In this document: piece after piece, positions 34,989 through 43,561 of the stretch
Position numbering within the stretch: position 1 is the stretch's first letter
Layout of the letters: each line of letters opens with the position of its first letter
UHGV virus genome: UHGV-0207793
Length of the DNA: 46,626 nt
Origin: a virus
Reading direction: 5' to 3' (one strand)
Program-made: the position numbers and the translations under genes
Notes under the pieces: generated by a model
What the model was told of the DNA's origin: nothing
The model's database searches: none
What the model saw: only the letters and a program-made list of their open reading frames with translations

Positions 34989-35317
34989 GCATCATCTTAG
35001 ATGATTAGAGCCTCATGACCGCTTCCTTTAAGCTATTAGTGAGGCTATAAAACTACAGCCCCCTTTTCATCTCCGCCTGTCTTATATCAGCCTTATCCCT
35101 GTTGCACTGCCCCAGCGCTGATAGCAGTCCTACGCCAAAACACAGGTGTACTCCTCCGCAATATGGTCCGGGTTGCGAAATGATTAAACATATTTAGATA
35201 CACGATGTATTGTTTAGTCATTAGCTGTTCATTCAGCGCCCCGTTTACTTTTGGATATCCTCTTCGGGGTTTTTTATCACGCCGACCTTGCCATGCAGGA
35301 ACGACAATGTAGCCCCG

Positions 35318-35560
35318 CTACTGACTCACTGCACGGTAGTAGGCCTGCCAACGGTATTTATCTAACCGCAGTTGGCGCAGGCATTGAGCGGTTTCGACGT
35401 CTGACTGCAGGTCTTCGTCGGTGTCCTTCCCTGCGTCACTTGCTTTGCACGGAGGGCTCATCAAATCCGGGGATGGCGTTGGCAGCGTCGATAGCTCGCT
35501 GGCGCAGCTGCACAGCATCATCGTCAAACCGGCACACAGTACGATTCGGAGACTGGACAT
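35318..35560 (-). CDS. Rz1: o-spanin Rz1 (Pro-rich lipoprotein overlapping Rz in another frame)
   Basis: [13 protein letters not shown] proline-rich; overlaps 3' half of Rz and extends beyond. Confidence 0.55.
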   Translation of the reverse strand: MSSLRIVLCAGLTMMLCSCASELSTLPTPSPDLMSPPCKASDAGKDTDEDLQSDVETAQCLRQLRLDKYRWQAYYRAVSQ

Positions 35561-35798
35561 ATTTCACCACGTCGCGGGTTATGGTTCGGTAGATGACCTT
35601 GCCCTCTTCTGTAGCGGCAGCGGCCTTTTGCTCAACTGGCTGGATAGTCTTTTCGGCTTTCTCTTTTTTCTTCGCCGCGAGGGCGTTGACATGGTCAGCG
35701 TGAGAATTCCAGCCAGACCGCCATGAGAAAATGCAGGAAAGCAGCAGAATAACTACAGCGCTGATAATGGCGGTTAACCGGCTCATTTCTGGCCCCAC
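35436..35798 (-). CDS. Rz: i-spanin Rz
   Basis: N-terminal [17 protein letters not shown] then coiled-coil; follows endolysin. Confidence 0.7.
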   Translation of the reverse strand: MGPEMSRLTAIISAVVILLLSCIFSWRSGWNSHADHVNALAAKKKEKAEKTIQPVEQKAAAATEEGKVIYRTITRDVVKYVQSPNRTVCRFDDDAVQLRQRAIDAANAIPGFDEPSVQSK

Positions 35799-36283
35799 TC
35801 GCAGACTTCACGCTCAATCTCGCGCCTGGTGATCAGCCCCTTCCACTGCTTGCCACCTGCATAAGTCCAGCGCTGCAGTTCCTTGCACGCGCCAGGTACA
35901 TCTCCAGCATTCAGTTTCTTCAACAACGTGGAGCTGGCGAAAGCGCCAGAGCCAACGTTGTAGGTGAATGAGTAAAGCGCGGCGCGGGTGGGATCAGGAA
36001 TGCGAACTTTGATGAGCGGGTCAATGGCGCTTGCCACCTTCCGCAGATCAGCCTTCAGCAGGTTGTCGCATTCTCTGTCGGTGTAGCGGTGGCCGCGGCG
36101 AATATCGGCGCCAGTGTGACCATCACAAACAGTCCAGACGCCGACAACATCCTGATAGGCGTAATAACGCCTTCCTTCCAGGCCGTCAGCATTACCAAGC
36201 ATGACGGAAGCAATGGCTATGGCGCCACCACCGCCGGCGATCACGCCAATCAGTTTTTTCCTCATTGATGGCGTCATGTTCAC
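35783..36283 (-). CDS. SAR endolysin (T4-lysozyme-fold, signal-anchor-release)
   Basis: Gly-rich SAR segment [19 protein letters not shown] then catalytic E...D...T ([16 protein letters not shown]). Confidence 0.85.
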   Translation of the reverse strand: MNMTPSMRKKLIGVIAGGGGAIAIASVMLGNADGLEGRRYYAYQDVVGVWTVCDGHTGADIRRGHRYTDRECDNLLKADLRKVASAIDPLIKVRIPDPTRAALYSFTYNVGSGAFASSTLLKKLNAGDVPGACKELQRWTYAGGKQWKGLITRREIEREVCEWGQK

Positions 36284-36594
36284 CCCTGTGTATCACTTGC
36301 GATCCGCTTCAAAGCCTCGGTAACCACTTCGGCTGAAGCCGGACGGTCACCTCCAGGCTTTGTGGAGACATCAGCCAGATAACTGGCCAACAGCTGCGTG
36401 CGCTTTTTCTCTTCATCAAGTCGCTCTCGCTCTTCCTTGCGCTTTGCGTAATAAGTCTTGATTGTGAAGAAGGCAGAGATCAGGGCGCCAATGATGAAGA
36501 CATAATCCTGCAGACTCAGGACGGAAAAGATACCAAGCAAGGCTGACCACCAGTAAGGCAGATTGTGACCATCGGTTGGGTTCATACGTTGCAT
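36280..36594 (-). CDS. pinholin-type class II holin
   Basis: two TMDs ([14 protein letters not shown]; [15 protein letters not shown]) and charged C-terminus; paired with SAR endolysin. Confidence 0.7.
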   Translation of the reverse strand: MQRMNPTDGHNLPYWWSALLGIFSVLSLQDYVFIIGALISAFFTIKTYYAKRKEERERLDEEKKRTQLLASYLADVSTKPGGDRPASAEVVTEALKRIASDTQG

Positions 36595-36621
36595 CTCTCA
36601 CCTCCGATAATGTTCGGGGTG

Positions 36622-36813
36622 CTATCTGTAGTCAGTAAAAGATTCAGGGCCGTCGGGCTGATTTACCAACAAAGCGTCGAGGGTGATTCCCGCGACCCTG
36701 AAAATAAAAAAGCCTGCGGTTAGGCAGGCAATAAGCATGAGGGTAATAGCAATGTCGGTGATGACCGAAAATACCCTAGCTGGGTCTGGCGGCCTGTGAC
36801 GCTGTTGCAGCAA
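36622..36813 (-). CDS. small membrane protein upstream of the holin (possible antiholin/lysis regulator)
   Basis: 63 aa with hydrophobic segment ITDIAITLMLIACLTAGFFIF. Confidence 0.35.
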   Translation of the reverse strand: MLQQRHRPPDPARVFSVITDIAITLMLIACLTAGFFIFRVAGITLDALLVNQPDGPESFTDYR

Positions 36814-36863
36814 CGCCCCTGATAAGTTGGGGTATGAACCCGTTATCAGGTCAGGCCATTATC

Positions 36864-36940
36864 TGGTGCACCATTCAGGACTCGAACCTGAAACCGATAG
36901 CTTAGAAGGCTATTGCTCTCTCCGGTTGAGCTAATGGCGC
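36864..36940 (-). tRNA. tRNA-Arg (anticodon UCU)
   Basis: GCGCCATTAGCTCAACCGGAGAGAGCAATAGCCTTCTAAGCTATCGGTTTCAGGTTCGAGTCCTGAATGGTGCACCA folds as a cloverleaf with CTTCTAA anticodon loop. Confidence 0.8.
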
Positions 36941-36945
36941 TAATT

Positions 36946-37020
36946 TGGCGGGACAGGAAGGATTCGAACCTTCGACCATTCGGTTAACAGCCGAACGCAC
37001 AACCGCTGTGCTTCTGACCC
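36946..37020 (-). tRNA. tRNA-Asn-like (anticodon GUU), one acceptor-stem mismatch
   Basis: GGGTCAGAAGCACAGCGGTTGTGCGTTCGGCTGTTAACCGAATGGTCGAAGGTTCGAATCCTTCCTGTCCCGCCA; D, anticodon and T arms pair; T4:T mismatch in acceptor stem. Confidence 0.6.
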
Positions 37021-37085
37021 TGAAATGAAAAAGGCCGCGAAATAGCGCAGCCCTTAATGCTTTATGGTTTTGCCTGAATTAGGCG

Positions 37086-37112
37086 AAAAAAAGCCCGCTC
37101 AGAGGGGCGGGC
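37086..37112 (-). terminator. intrinsic terminator (gcccgc-loop-gcgggc + T7) upstream of tRNAs
   Basis: minus-strand hairpin followed by TTTTTTT. Confidence 0.45.
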
Positions 37113-37646
37113 AGAAGGTAGGAAATACTGATTCTTCAACGGTTCGAGGCGCACCTAATAGTCCGAGCTACCGATTTACCAGGAGAGCGCTCGTTTTCCG
37201 TTACTACCTTTTAAACATAGCTGGAGAAGCCGAAACGGCAACCCCACTACCAAATAGCTTATGTAGCATTGCATTATGGTGCCGGGTGCCTCCCGGTGAG
37301 CATGTCCCAGTCGACATGGCCCGCGCTGCATTTACAGATCACTGTAAGTGACTGGTCGCCCCTCCGCATAGGGGGATTCACCACACGAATAGATTAACAA
37401 CATGTTAATTTTCTGGTCAATAAGATATAAGCAAATGATGACATGCAGTTTTCTTATTGCTGAGTAACTTCAATCTGGTTCAGGGGTCTGCGCGTGTAGG
37501 GCTTTAACGTGTCGTGCGGCACGTCTCTACCCAAGAGCCCTGACCGGATCGAAGGCATAAAAAAGCCCCGCACAATGGCGAGGCTCGGTGTTCTGATAGG
37601 TCAAACGCAAATACGGCAACCTACACTAAATATATTGCTCATTTGT

Positions 37647-38147
37647 TCATTGAAATGCAAGCGCGTTATGACTATTTTTTGCAATTTTCCTCACGCTTTC
37701 GCGATCGTTAAACGCATTTTGCAGCGGCTGGTACAGGCAGAAGAGCGCCGCGTTGATAATCTGCTTAACTTCCCGGCGGATGGTTGAAATGCTCGGGTGC
37801 TTATACTGGTTTCCGGCGCGGGTCTTCATCAGGCGAGGTTTGCTCACAGCATGCTGCCATGAAGCGATCCTTATCTCGCTTGAGTTACAGACGTAATAGG
37901 CAAAAATAACCTTCCATGCGTTCTCATCTACGTTTTTCAGGTAGTGTCGGATTACGGCATCAATCAGCAACCCATCATCATCGCTGCATACAGGCCTTGA
38001 TGGTGCTTGCGGCTCAACGGTGGCCATGAACTTGGCGATCATATTTATCATCGCCTTGTCTATCTCCCCTGTCTGGCACCATGCGCCCCAAAGCTGGAGC
38101 CACTGATCTATCCACTGGTGCTGTTCGTTGGTTAATTCCAGTTTCAT
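37647..38147 (-). CDS. Q: late antiterminator Q
   Basis: 166-aa ORF after nin genes, upstream of tRNAs/lysis; terminator-like hairpin about 60 nt downstream. Confidence 0.75.
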   Translation of the reverse strand: MKLELTNEQHQWIDQWLQLWGAWCQTGEIDKAMINMIAKFMATVEPQAPSRPVCSDDDGLLIDAVIRHYLKNVDENAWKVIFAYYVCNSSEIRIASWQHAVSKPRLMKTRAGNQYKHPSISTIRREVKQIINAALFCLYQPLQNAFNDRESVRKIAKNSHNALAFQ

Positions 38148-38284
38148 GCTGTCTCTCCCAGGGTCTGATAGATGCGAACGAGATTTCTCAGTATGCGGTA
38201 GTCAACCAGTACGGTTCCGCGGCTACGCAAGAGGCGGAGCTTTTGCCAGCGGTCGCGGATGCGTTCGATAACGTCGTGGTTCAT
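38144..38284 (-). CDS. ninH: NinH-like small DNA-binding protein
   Basis: 46 aa (MNHDVIERIRDRWQKLRLLRSRGTVLVDYRILRN...), SRGTV motif as in lambda NinH; ATGA-coupled to ninG and Q. Confidence 0.45.
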   Translation of the reverse strand: MNHDVIERIRDRWQKLRLLRSRGTVLVDYRILRNLVRIYQTLGETA

Positions 38285-38916
38285 GCGACCTCCCGCTGTT
38301 TCAGTGCTTTGAGCTTGGCGCGGTACTCATCGCGGATACGAATAAAGTCTTCCCGGCGGTAGTTGGTCATTTCGTGGGGTCCGTTAAGCCAGTCGACATA
38401 CTCCTGTCCGTAACGAGCGACCAGGCCAGCTTCGTATTGCTGAGCAACCGTCGACTCTTTGGCGGTGTACTTACCGGCCCCGGCATTGCACGATTTGCAC
38501 TGCTTATGAGCGTTGCGCTCTTCAAAACGCAACTCAGGGTAAGCGCCGACCGTTTTGAAGTGGCCGCAGTCCCACTGGCCGCCATGCAGATCAGGCGGGC
38601 TGGTCTCGCCGCAACTGATGCATGGCAAAGCAGCATCACGAGCGCGGATGTAGGCGTTGAATGCCTTCTGAGCCTGGGCTTTGTAGTAACCGTTAGGTCT
38701 GAGTTCAGCCAATCTTGCTTTACGGCGCTGGCGCCCCTCCTTCTCGGATTCACGCTGGCGCTTCACCGCCCTGGCCTTCGCCGCTTCCCGGGCTTTTGCT
38801 GTCTGTTTTTTGCCGATCGCGGTGGCGCATTCAAAACTGCATACCACCTGCCCCTCCCGGGCAGGATGGAACCATTCGCGGCAGTGGACGCATTTACGGC
38901 GTGCTGGTTTACGCAT
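38281..38916 (-). CDS. ninG: NinG/Rap recombination-promoting endonuclease
   Basis: multiple Cys pairs (CVHCREW, CSFEC, CISCGET...CGHF, CKSCN) as in lambda Rap/NinG. Confidence 0.8.
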   Translation of the reverse strand: MRKPARRKCVHCREWFHPAREGQVVCSFECATAIGKKQTAKAREAAKARAVKRQRESEKEGRQRRKARLAELRPNGYYKAQAQKAFNAYIRARDAALPCISCGETSPPDLHGGQWDCGHFKTVGAYPELRFEERNAHKQCKSCNAGAGKYTAKESTVAQQYEAGLVARYGQEYVDWLNGPHEMTNYRREDFIRIRDEYRAKLKALKQREVA

Positions 38917-39055
38917 GTGGCCTCCTTGCTCTCAGGCGTAGCCACTTCTTATCGACCAGGCGGGCGGTGTAGTCTTTCAGGGTCGGGATGTCGGAAGGCT
39001 TAACTTCGACCTTGCGCTTGCGGCGCGCCGGAACGCGGAAGATGCCGCGCTCCAT
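38909..39055 (-). CDS. ninE: NinE-like small basic protein
   Basis: 48 aa ending YTARLVDKKWLRLRARRPHA, compare lambda NinE ...YTAHLWDIRWLRHRARR; stop overlaps ninG start. Confidence 0.45.
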   Translation of the reverse strand: MERGIFRVPARRKRKVEVKPSDIPTLKDYTARLVDKKWLRLRARRPHA

Positions 39056-39084
39056 TACTTTGGCGAGAAGACATTGCATACCCA

Positions 39085-39681
39085 TCACCCCGCAAAGCTC
39101 AGCAGCTGACTGGCGGCATTTTCAGCCTCAGCTGGCGAGTGGAACTTGCGACGCAGAATGTAGTTCCAGAGCACATTCAGCACTGATTTGTAGACGCCGT
39201 TGAACTGGCTGTCGTCCATGCTGGCGAAGGAGATCGACTTTGCGACGCGGCGACGGCTGCCGTCAGGCATCTGGTATTCGTCGTAAAAGCCAGCCTGAAT
39301 GGTTGCCCACTCGCGGAAGGATTCGAAGTGTTTCAGCAGCGCCATATCGCGGGAACGAGAAATGCCGACCGAGGAGAGATACATCTCGGAGGCGTTCTGG
39401 AGCGCAGCGCGCTGATCGAGGTCTGATGAAAGGAAGTCGATAAACCCGGATATGAGGGTGCGCTCAGCGGGCTCAATGAGACCACCGGAAGGCGTCCAGT
39501 AGTGATACCCGAGGGTCAGAAGTTTGAAGAACTTCTTGTGGAATGCGTAATTCCGGGGCTTCCGGAACTCACCGCAAAGCAGTTGCCCTACCGGAATAAG
39601 TTGCAGGTATTCGCTGGTTCCCGGCTCTGCGGGAATCAGTACGTTTTGATAACTCTTCTCAAATTGCAGTGTTTGCGCCAT
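39085..39681 (-). CDS. hypothetical nin-region protein (about 200 aa, DUF1367-like)
   Basis: 198-aa ORF; family assignment from memory only. Confidence 0.45.
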   Translation of the reverse strand: MAQTLQFEKSYQNVLIPAEPGTSEYLQLIPVGQLLCGEFRKPRNYAFHKKFFKLLTLGYHYWTPSGGLIEPAERTLISGFIDFLSSDLDQRAALQNASEMYLSSVGISRSRDMALLKHFESFREWATIQAGFYDEYQMPDGSRRRVAKSISFASMDDSQFNGVYKSVLNVLWNYILRRKFHSPAEAENAASQLLSFAG

Positions 39682-39786
39682 GTGTCCCCACTTGGCGCCG
39701 GATAATCGTGTCAGTTGCTCAGGCTGACGAGGTAATTATCGCCCTTCCCGGGGATAAAAGCAAAATGAGCATATACGAGAAATTGG

Positions 39787-40044
39787 CTATTTCTTGGCGT
39801 TCTGCTCTGCCATTTCGAGATAGCGCGGATCGGATGCTCGGGGTAACTGGATGCTCTGCTCACGGTAGTAGCGGACGCGTTCCATGAAATACTCGCGCAG
39901 GTGTTCTGGCTGCTCTCTGGCTACCGCTTCGGCAACAACCGGCATATTCAAGCGCTCTTTGTACGCGACGCCGGACGCTGCCAGGTCGACGTTGACCTTG
40001 TCCTGCTCGTCTTTTGACTTTGATGCGATGTTGAAATCAGACAT
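39787..40044 (-). CDS. hypothetical small protein
   Basis: internal ATG with AAAGGA RBS. Confidence 0.4.
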   Translation of the reverse strand: MSDFNIASKSKDEQDKVNVDLAASGVAYKERLNMPVVAEAVAREQPEHLREYFMERVRYYREQSIQLPRASDPRYLEMAEQNAKK

Positions 40045-40111
40045 AGAAAATATCCTTTCCATGAGCGTGGCTTTGTTTACAAGCCGTAGCCATTCAAACA
40101 TGAGAAATCAT

Positions 40112-40624
40112 TTATTCAGATCTTGAATCTGCAAGATCAGCATCTGTGGCAACCATCAAGTTGAAAAAAGCGACAATATCTTCCCATTGCTCGTAAATAT
40201 TAGCTTCAACAGACGAAACCCCTGTCCCTTTAAAGAAAGCTCCAGGCGCATTTTGGTGGTTCAACTCTTCAAATAGCTCCATATTAATTTGATTTATAAA
40301 ATATTCTTTTAATTCTTCCCTTTCCTTGTTATCACTGTACTCACTATAATCCTGTATGATTTTCATCGCCTGTCGCAGGCTTCTGACAATGTTTGCTCCA
40401 TCATGAAATGTCCAATCAGAACCTTGCTTCCCTTTAGCATATCCGTTAGCCCTCTCTGCGCAGTTCTTTAATGACTCATAAGCATTCATTCTGCTTTGCA
40501 GTTGAAGAGATTTAGCTGCTGTCTGTCTACTTAAGAATGCTGCATACGCCGCAGCCAAGCCACCAAATGCCGTAACTGCTGCAATAACCAGGTTCCAGTC
40601 GGTACTAGTAAATTCCCAATTCAT
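40112..40624 (-). CDS. AT-rich moron: N-terminally membrane-anchored 170-aa protein of unknown function
   Basis: TM WNLVIAAVTAFGGLAAAYAAFLS; AT-rich island 40100-40700 inside the nin region. Confidence 0.5.
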   Translation of the reverse strand: MNWEFTSTDWNLVIAAVTAFGGLAAAYAAFLSRQTAAKSLQLQSRMNAYESLKNCAERANGYAKGKQGSDWTFHDGANIVRSLRQAMKIIQDYSEYSDNKEREELKEYFINQINMELFEELNHQNAPGAFFKGTGVSSVEANIYEQWEDIVAFFNLMVATDADLADSRSE

Positions 40625-40705
40625 AATTACTCCAAAAACTCCCTTCAGTTTGTGAAGGGAGTATACATCACTACACGGCTTTGCGTTCTGCGGGGGATTT
40701 AGGCA

Positions 40706-40903
40706 TCAACTTACCTCCCGCTCAATGTCAGGAATCACTGCTTTAACGGCTTCGCGGACCTCTTTCATTGAACGATCAAACCAGTTTACCGAGGTTGTAT
40801 AACCGTCGAACTTCGCGCCTTTGGCATTAATTTTTGCTACCGTAATATCTCTGGCCGCATTAATCATCGCTACGGCTACAGCTTCAGGGATTTGGTTACT
40901 CAC
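40706..40903 (-). CDS. hypothetical 65-aa protein
   Basis: ORF. Confidence 0.4.
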   Translation of the reverse strand: MSNQIPEAVAVAMINAARDITVAKINAKGAKFDGYTTSVNWFDRSMKEVREAVKAVIPDIEREVS

Positions 40904-41162
40904 CTTTCACCTCCAGACGCCAGACGGCCTGACCAATGCGGCTCTCGTGGGGACATTTGGATACCAGCCCCTCTTTCGCCAGTTCGATAAGCTCTTTGCG
41001 GAGGTCGGCGATCCTCCACTCTACCCCGGGGAATTTACGCTCCATCGCGCAGCGGATATTCCAGGTAGCAATGCGATAGGGGTAATGGCCGTGCGCCCAT
41101 TTTTCCTGCTGTGCTGCACCCTCGATCAACACCTGCATGATTTTGCTTTTGACGTCACTCAC
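40896..41162 (-). CDS. hypothetical 88-aa protein
   Basis: ORF; shares C-terminal EVKGE and a downstream RBS cassette with the next gene. Confidence 0.4.
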   Translation of the reverse strand: MSDVKSKIMQVLIEGAAQQEKWAHGHYPYRIATWNIRCAMERKFPGVEWRIADLRKELIELAKEGLVSKCPHESRIGQAVWRLEVKGE

Positions 41163-41889
41163 CTTTCACCTCCTGCGGGGCGGCTGCGAGTATGGCGGCG
41201 CGACAAAAATTATACCCAGCAATGAAACTTTCAATAGATCCTCTACCGCCTTCCCAGTGTTTTACGGCAATACCTGCTGTCATTTCCTTCGGCACTCCCG
41301 GGGCTGCCTGCGGGGCGGCTGCCAATGTGGAGTCGATGATATGCTGGCGCATCCAGTTAGCCCCACGCGCAAACACGTCTACTGGGTCTCCATAGTAATA
41401 TCCTATTTCATATGCCTGCCCTGATGTCATCTCATCAGGAATGACCAGAGAGTTGCCGCCTTGCGCTGGATTGACGCTGTTTTGCGCCGGACAGCAATCG
41501 GATTGCGCCGGAGAGTTTCCAGCCTGCAGCATGGCGGCGCGGCAGGCGTTCCAGCCCATTTTGTACGCCTGGCCGATAGTTGTTACTGCATCTTCGCTCT
41601 CCAGAGCAGAAATAGCCTCCCGAACGCTGATGGACTTCGGCACTACCGGAGTTGGCTGCGCGGCATATACAGGCATGGTGCAAGCCTTGTTGAAGTCCCT
41701 TCTTGCCAGGATATGCGGATAACCGGCATCAAAGTCTGATTTGCTGATGTACGCCACCGGCTCGCTGTCCAGTGCGGCCAGCGCCATGCGCGCCAATTCT
41801 TCAATTTCAGCGTGAGACGGCGGCAGTGTCATTGCACGATGAAAGTTAGCGATTAGCTCAATGCGCTCTCTGGTTAATTTGCTGGTCAT
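41155..41889 (-). CDS. hypothetical 244-aa protein with internal sequence repeats
   Basis: repeated segments QAYKMGWNACRAAMLQ / QAYEIGYYYG / SFIAGYNFCRAAILAA. Confidence 0.45.
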   Translation of the reverse strand: MTSKLTRERIELIANFHRAMTLPPSHAEIEELARMALAALDSEPVAYISKSDFDAGYPHILARRDFNKACTMPVYAAQPTPVVPKSISVREAISALESEDAVTTIGQAYKMGWNACRAAMLQAGNSPAQSDCCPAQNSVNPAQGGNSLVIPDEMTSGQAYEIGYYYGDPVDVFARGANWMRQHIIDSTLAAAPQAAPGVPKEMTAGIAVKHWEGGRGSIESFIAGYNFCRAAILAAAPQEVKGE

Positions 41890-42125
41890 TGGTTGGCTCC
41901 TTCAATGGTCTGGAATCCAGCAGCAGTTAGCTCTACACGGTCCCGAACAGGGTTGAGGTAAACGGTCTTGATAAGACCTTTTGACTTCAAACGCCTCGCG
42001 ACAGCCGAGCATAATGTGTCGGTGGATTCCCACCAGTAGCGATCGAATCGACCACGGAGCATCACTTGACCTTCGCTAATAGCACGAAGAGTATTGAGCT
42101 GATAATCGGTTAATTTCGTCATCAC
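41886..42125 (-). CDS. hypothetical 79-aa protein
   Basis: ORF. Confidence 0.4.
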   Translation of the reverse strand: MMTKLTDYQLNTLRAISEGQVMLRGRFDRYWWESTDTLCSAVARRLKSKGLIKTVYLNPVRDRVELTAAGFQTIEGANQ

Positions 42126-42652
42126 TCAGCCTCCACCTTGATGCCAGCGGCGGTTAGCATTGCCAGCACATCATCAAACTTGAGATATTCCCCTTCATCG
42201 TCGCTGTGCACATACCAGTCATCCCAACCATCAGCGCCTGGCTGAAGTCGTTGTGGCAGCTTCACGGTGACGGTGCGGGACTCCAGCTCGGCGATGCGCT
42301 GGCGCAGTGCTGCGATCTCCATCTCTGCAGCATCGGCATAATGGACGTTTTCATGCTCCAGCGGCGGCAGGTCCGGGGTTTTCACACCAAACAGCGCCGC
42401 CAATGCGCGATAGTTCTGCTCGCTGTGATAGCGACCTTTGCAGCGAACCAGTTTTTCGGCTGCTGCGTTGATGGCCTGCGCCTTCTCCAGCGCCTCTACC
42501 AGCGCTAGGATGTTGCCTGGGCATGCCGTAATCAGGTATTCGTTAAGCGCGGAGATTCGAGCATCGAAAGACATTATCGGAGCCTCCCCTGCATGTTTTG
42601 CTTTCTCTGCCGCCGCTTTAAGGTTCTGCGCCAGTTCGGTGATATCTGTCAT
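42122..42652 (-). CDS. hypothetical protein (Ead/Ea22-like region)
   Basis: 176-aa ORF in the O/P-to-nin interval. Confidence 0.4.
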   Translation of the reverse strand: MTDITELAQNLKAAAEKAKHAGEAPIMSFDARISALNEYLITACPGNILALVEALEKAQAINAAAEKLVRCKGRYHSEQNYRALAALFGVKTPDLPPLEHENVHYADAAEMEIAALRQRIAELESRTVTVKLPQRLQPGADGWDDWYVHSDDEGEYLKFDDVLAMLTAAGIKVEAE

Positions 42653-42855
42653 GCTGCACGCTCCGCCTTCTGCTTGTTGTATACGGCCCAGCTAAGGGCA
42701 TCGAGTTTGCGCTGACCGGCTTTGTCGAAGAGGTGAATGCCGTTTTGGCAGGCATGATCGGCCTTCACTTGCTCTTCCAGTTGAGCCAGTTGCTCATAGG
42801 TGAGCGTTGCCAGTTTCAGGCGGTTCCAGCCGAAGTTAGGGATACGGTTGCTCAT
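42649..42855 (-). CDS. hypothetical 68-aa protein
   Basis: ORF. Confidence 0.35.
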   Translation of the reverse strand: MSNRIPNFGWNRLKLATLTYEQLAQLEEQVKADHACQNGIHLFDKAGQRKLDALSWAVYNKQKAERAA

Positions 42856-43283
42856 TCTGATGCTCCCTCACGCAGAGAGTCTGCCAGCCACTGCAAATTC
42901 ATGATCTGCACGCCGATATTGCTGAACTTCTTCTCCAGGTGAGCGATAGCCCTCTCAACCCCGCGCGCCTCGGCTTCGGCTACGATGCGATCGGTGGCGG
43001 GGGTTTTTAGCCCATCGCGCAGTTTTACGTATGCGCTCAGCATGGCCAACTCAGGCACGTCGTCAGCTTTCGAATGATAAGTATCAAGCGCTTCCATCAT
43101 CAGCTTACTGAACGGTGCCGGCGCTAATTTTTTCAGCGCCACATTCTCCGCAGCCAGCTGATTAAACGCTTTCGCCAGCTTCAGGAACTTCTGCTCTCTG
43201 ATTGACAGCTCGCCTGCGCTCTCCAGGGAGGCGATGAGCTCGTTTACTGTTGAGATGTTCATTTTCTTACCCCCGCCAGGCAC
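42852..43283 (-). CDS. hypothetical 143-aa protein
   Basis: ORF. Confidence 0.4.
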   Translation of the reverse strand: MPGGGKKMNISTVNELIASLESAGELSIREQKFLKLAKAFNQLAAENVALKKLAPAPFSKLMMEALDTYHSKADDVPELAMLSAYVKLRDGLKTPATDRIVAEAEARGVERAIAHLEKKFSNIGVQIMNLQWLADSLREGASE

Positions 43284-43561
43284 TGGTTAAAAAGGGTGGT
43301 CATTGGGTTTACTCCGCCAGGACGCTGGCGATACTGAACAGACGGATCGCTTTCGGTTACGGCTGTCGTGTCGATCAGGGTGTAGCGGTAGCTCCTGCAC
43401 TCACCCTCACGCTTAACCTGGCCGTCACGGTGCATCTGCCACAGGGAGGAATTGACCACTGAAGAGTCAAGCCCGGTACCGCGGCGGATATCCTGAAAGC
43501 TGCAGCCAGGATGCTGGCCGATGAAGTTAATAACGGCTTGTTTGCCAGAGTTCTTTTTCAT
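43259..43561 (-). CDS. hypothetical 100-aa putative winged-helix protein
   Basis: ORF immediately downstream of helicase. Confidence 0.4.
   Translation of the reverse strand: MKKNSGKQAVINFIGQHPGCSFQDIRRGTGLDSSVVNSSLWQMHRDGQVKREGECRSYRYTLIDTTAVTESDPSVQYRQRPGGVNPMTTLFNQCLAGVRK

Noticed and set aside
37130-37260. Possible third tRNA near GGTTCGAGG
   Set aside because: Could not build acceptor or T stems on either strand
37064-37351. 95-aa + strand ORF in the Q-tRNA gap
   Set aside because: Low-complexity, no RBS, wrong strand for the late operon; region treated as non-coding
38374-39003. 209-aa + strand ORF
   Set aside because: Antisense to NinG and NinE-like genes, which have clear homology
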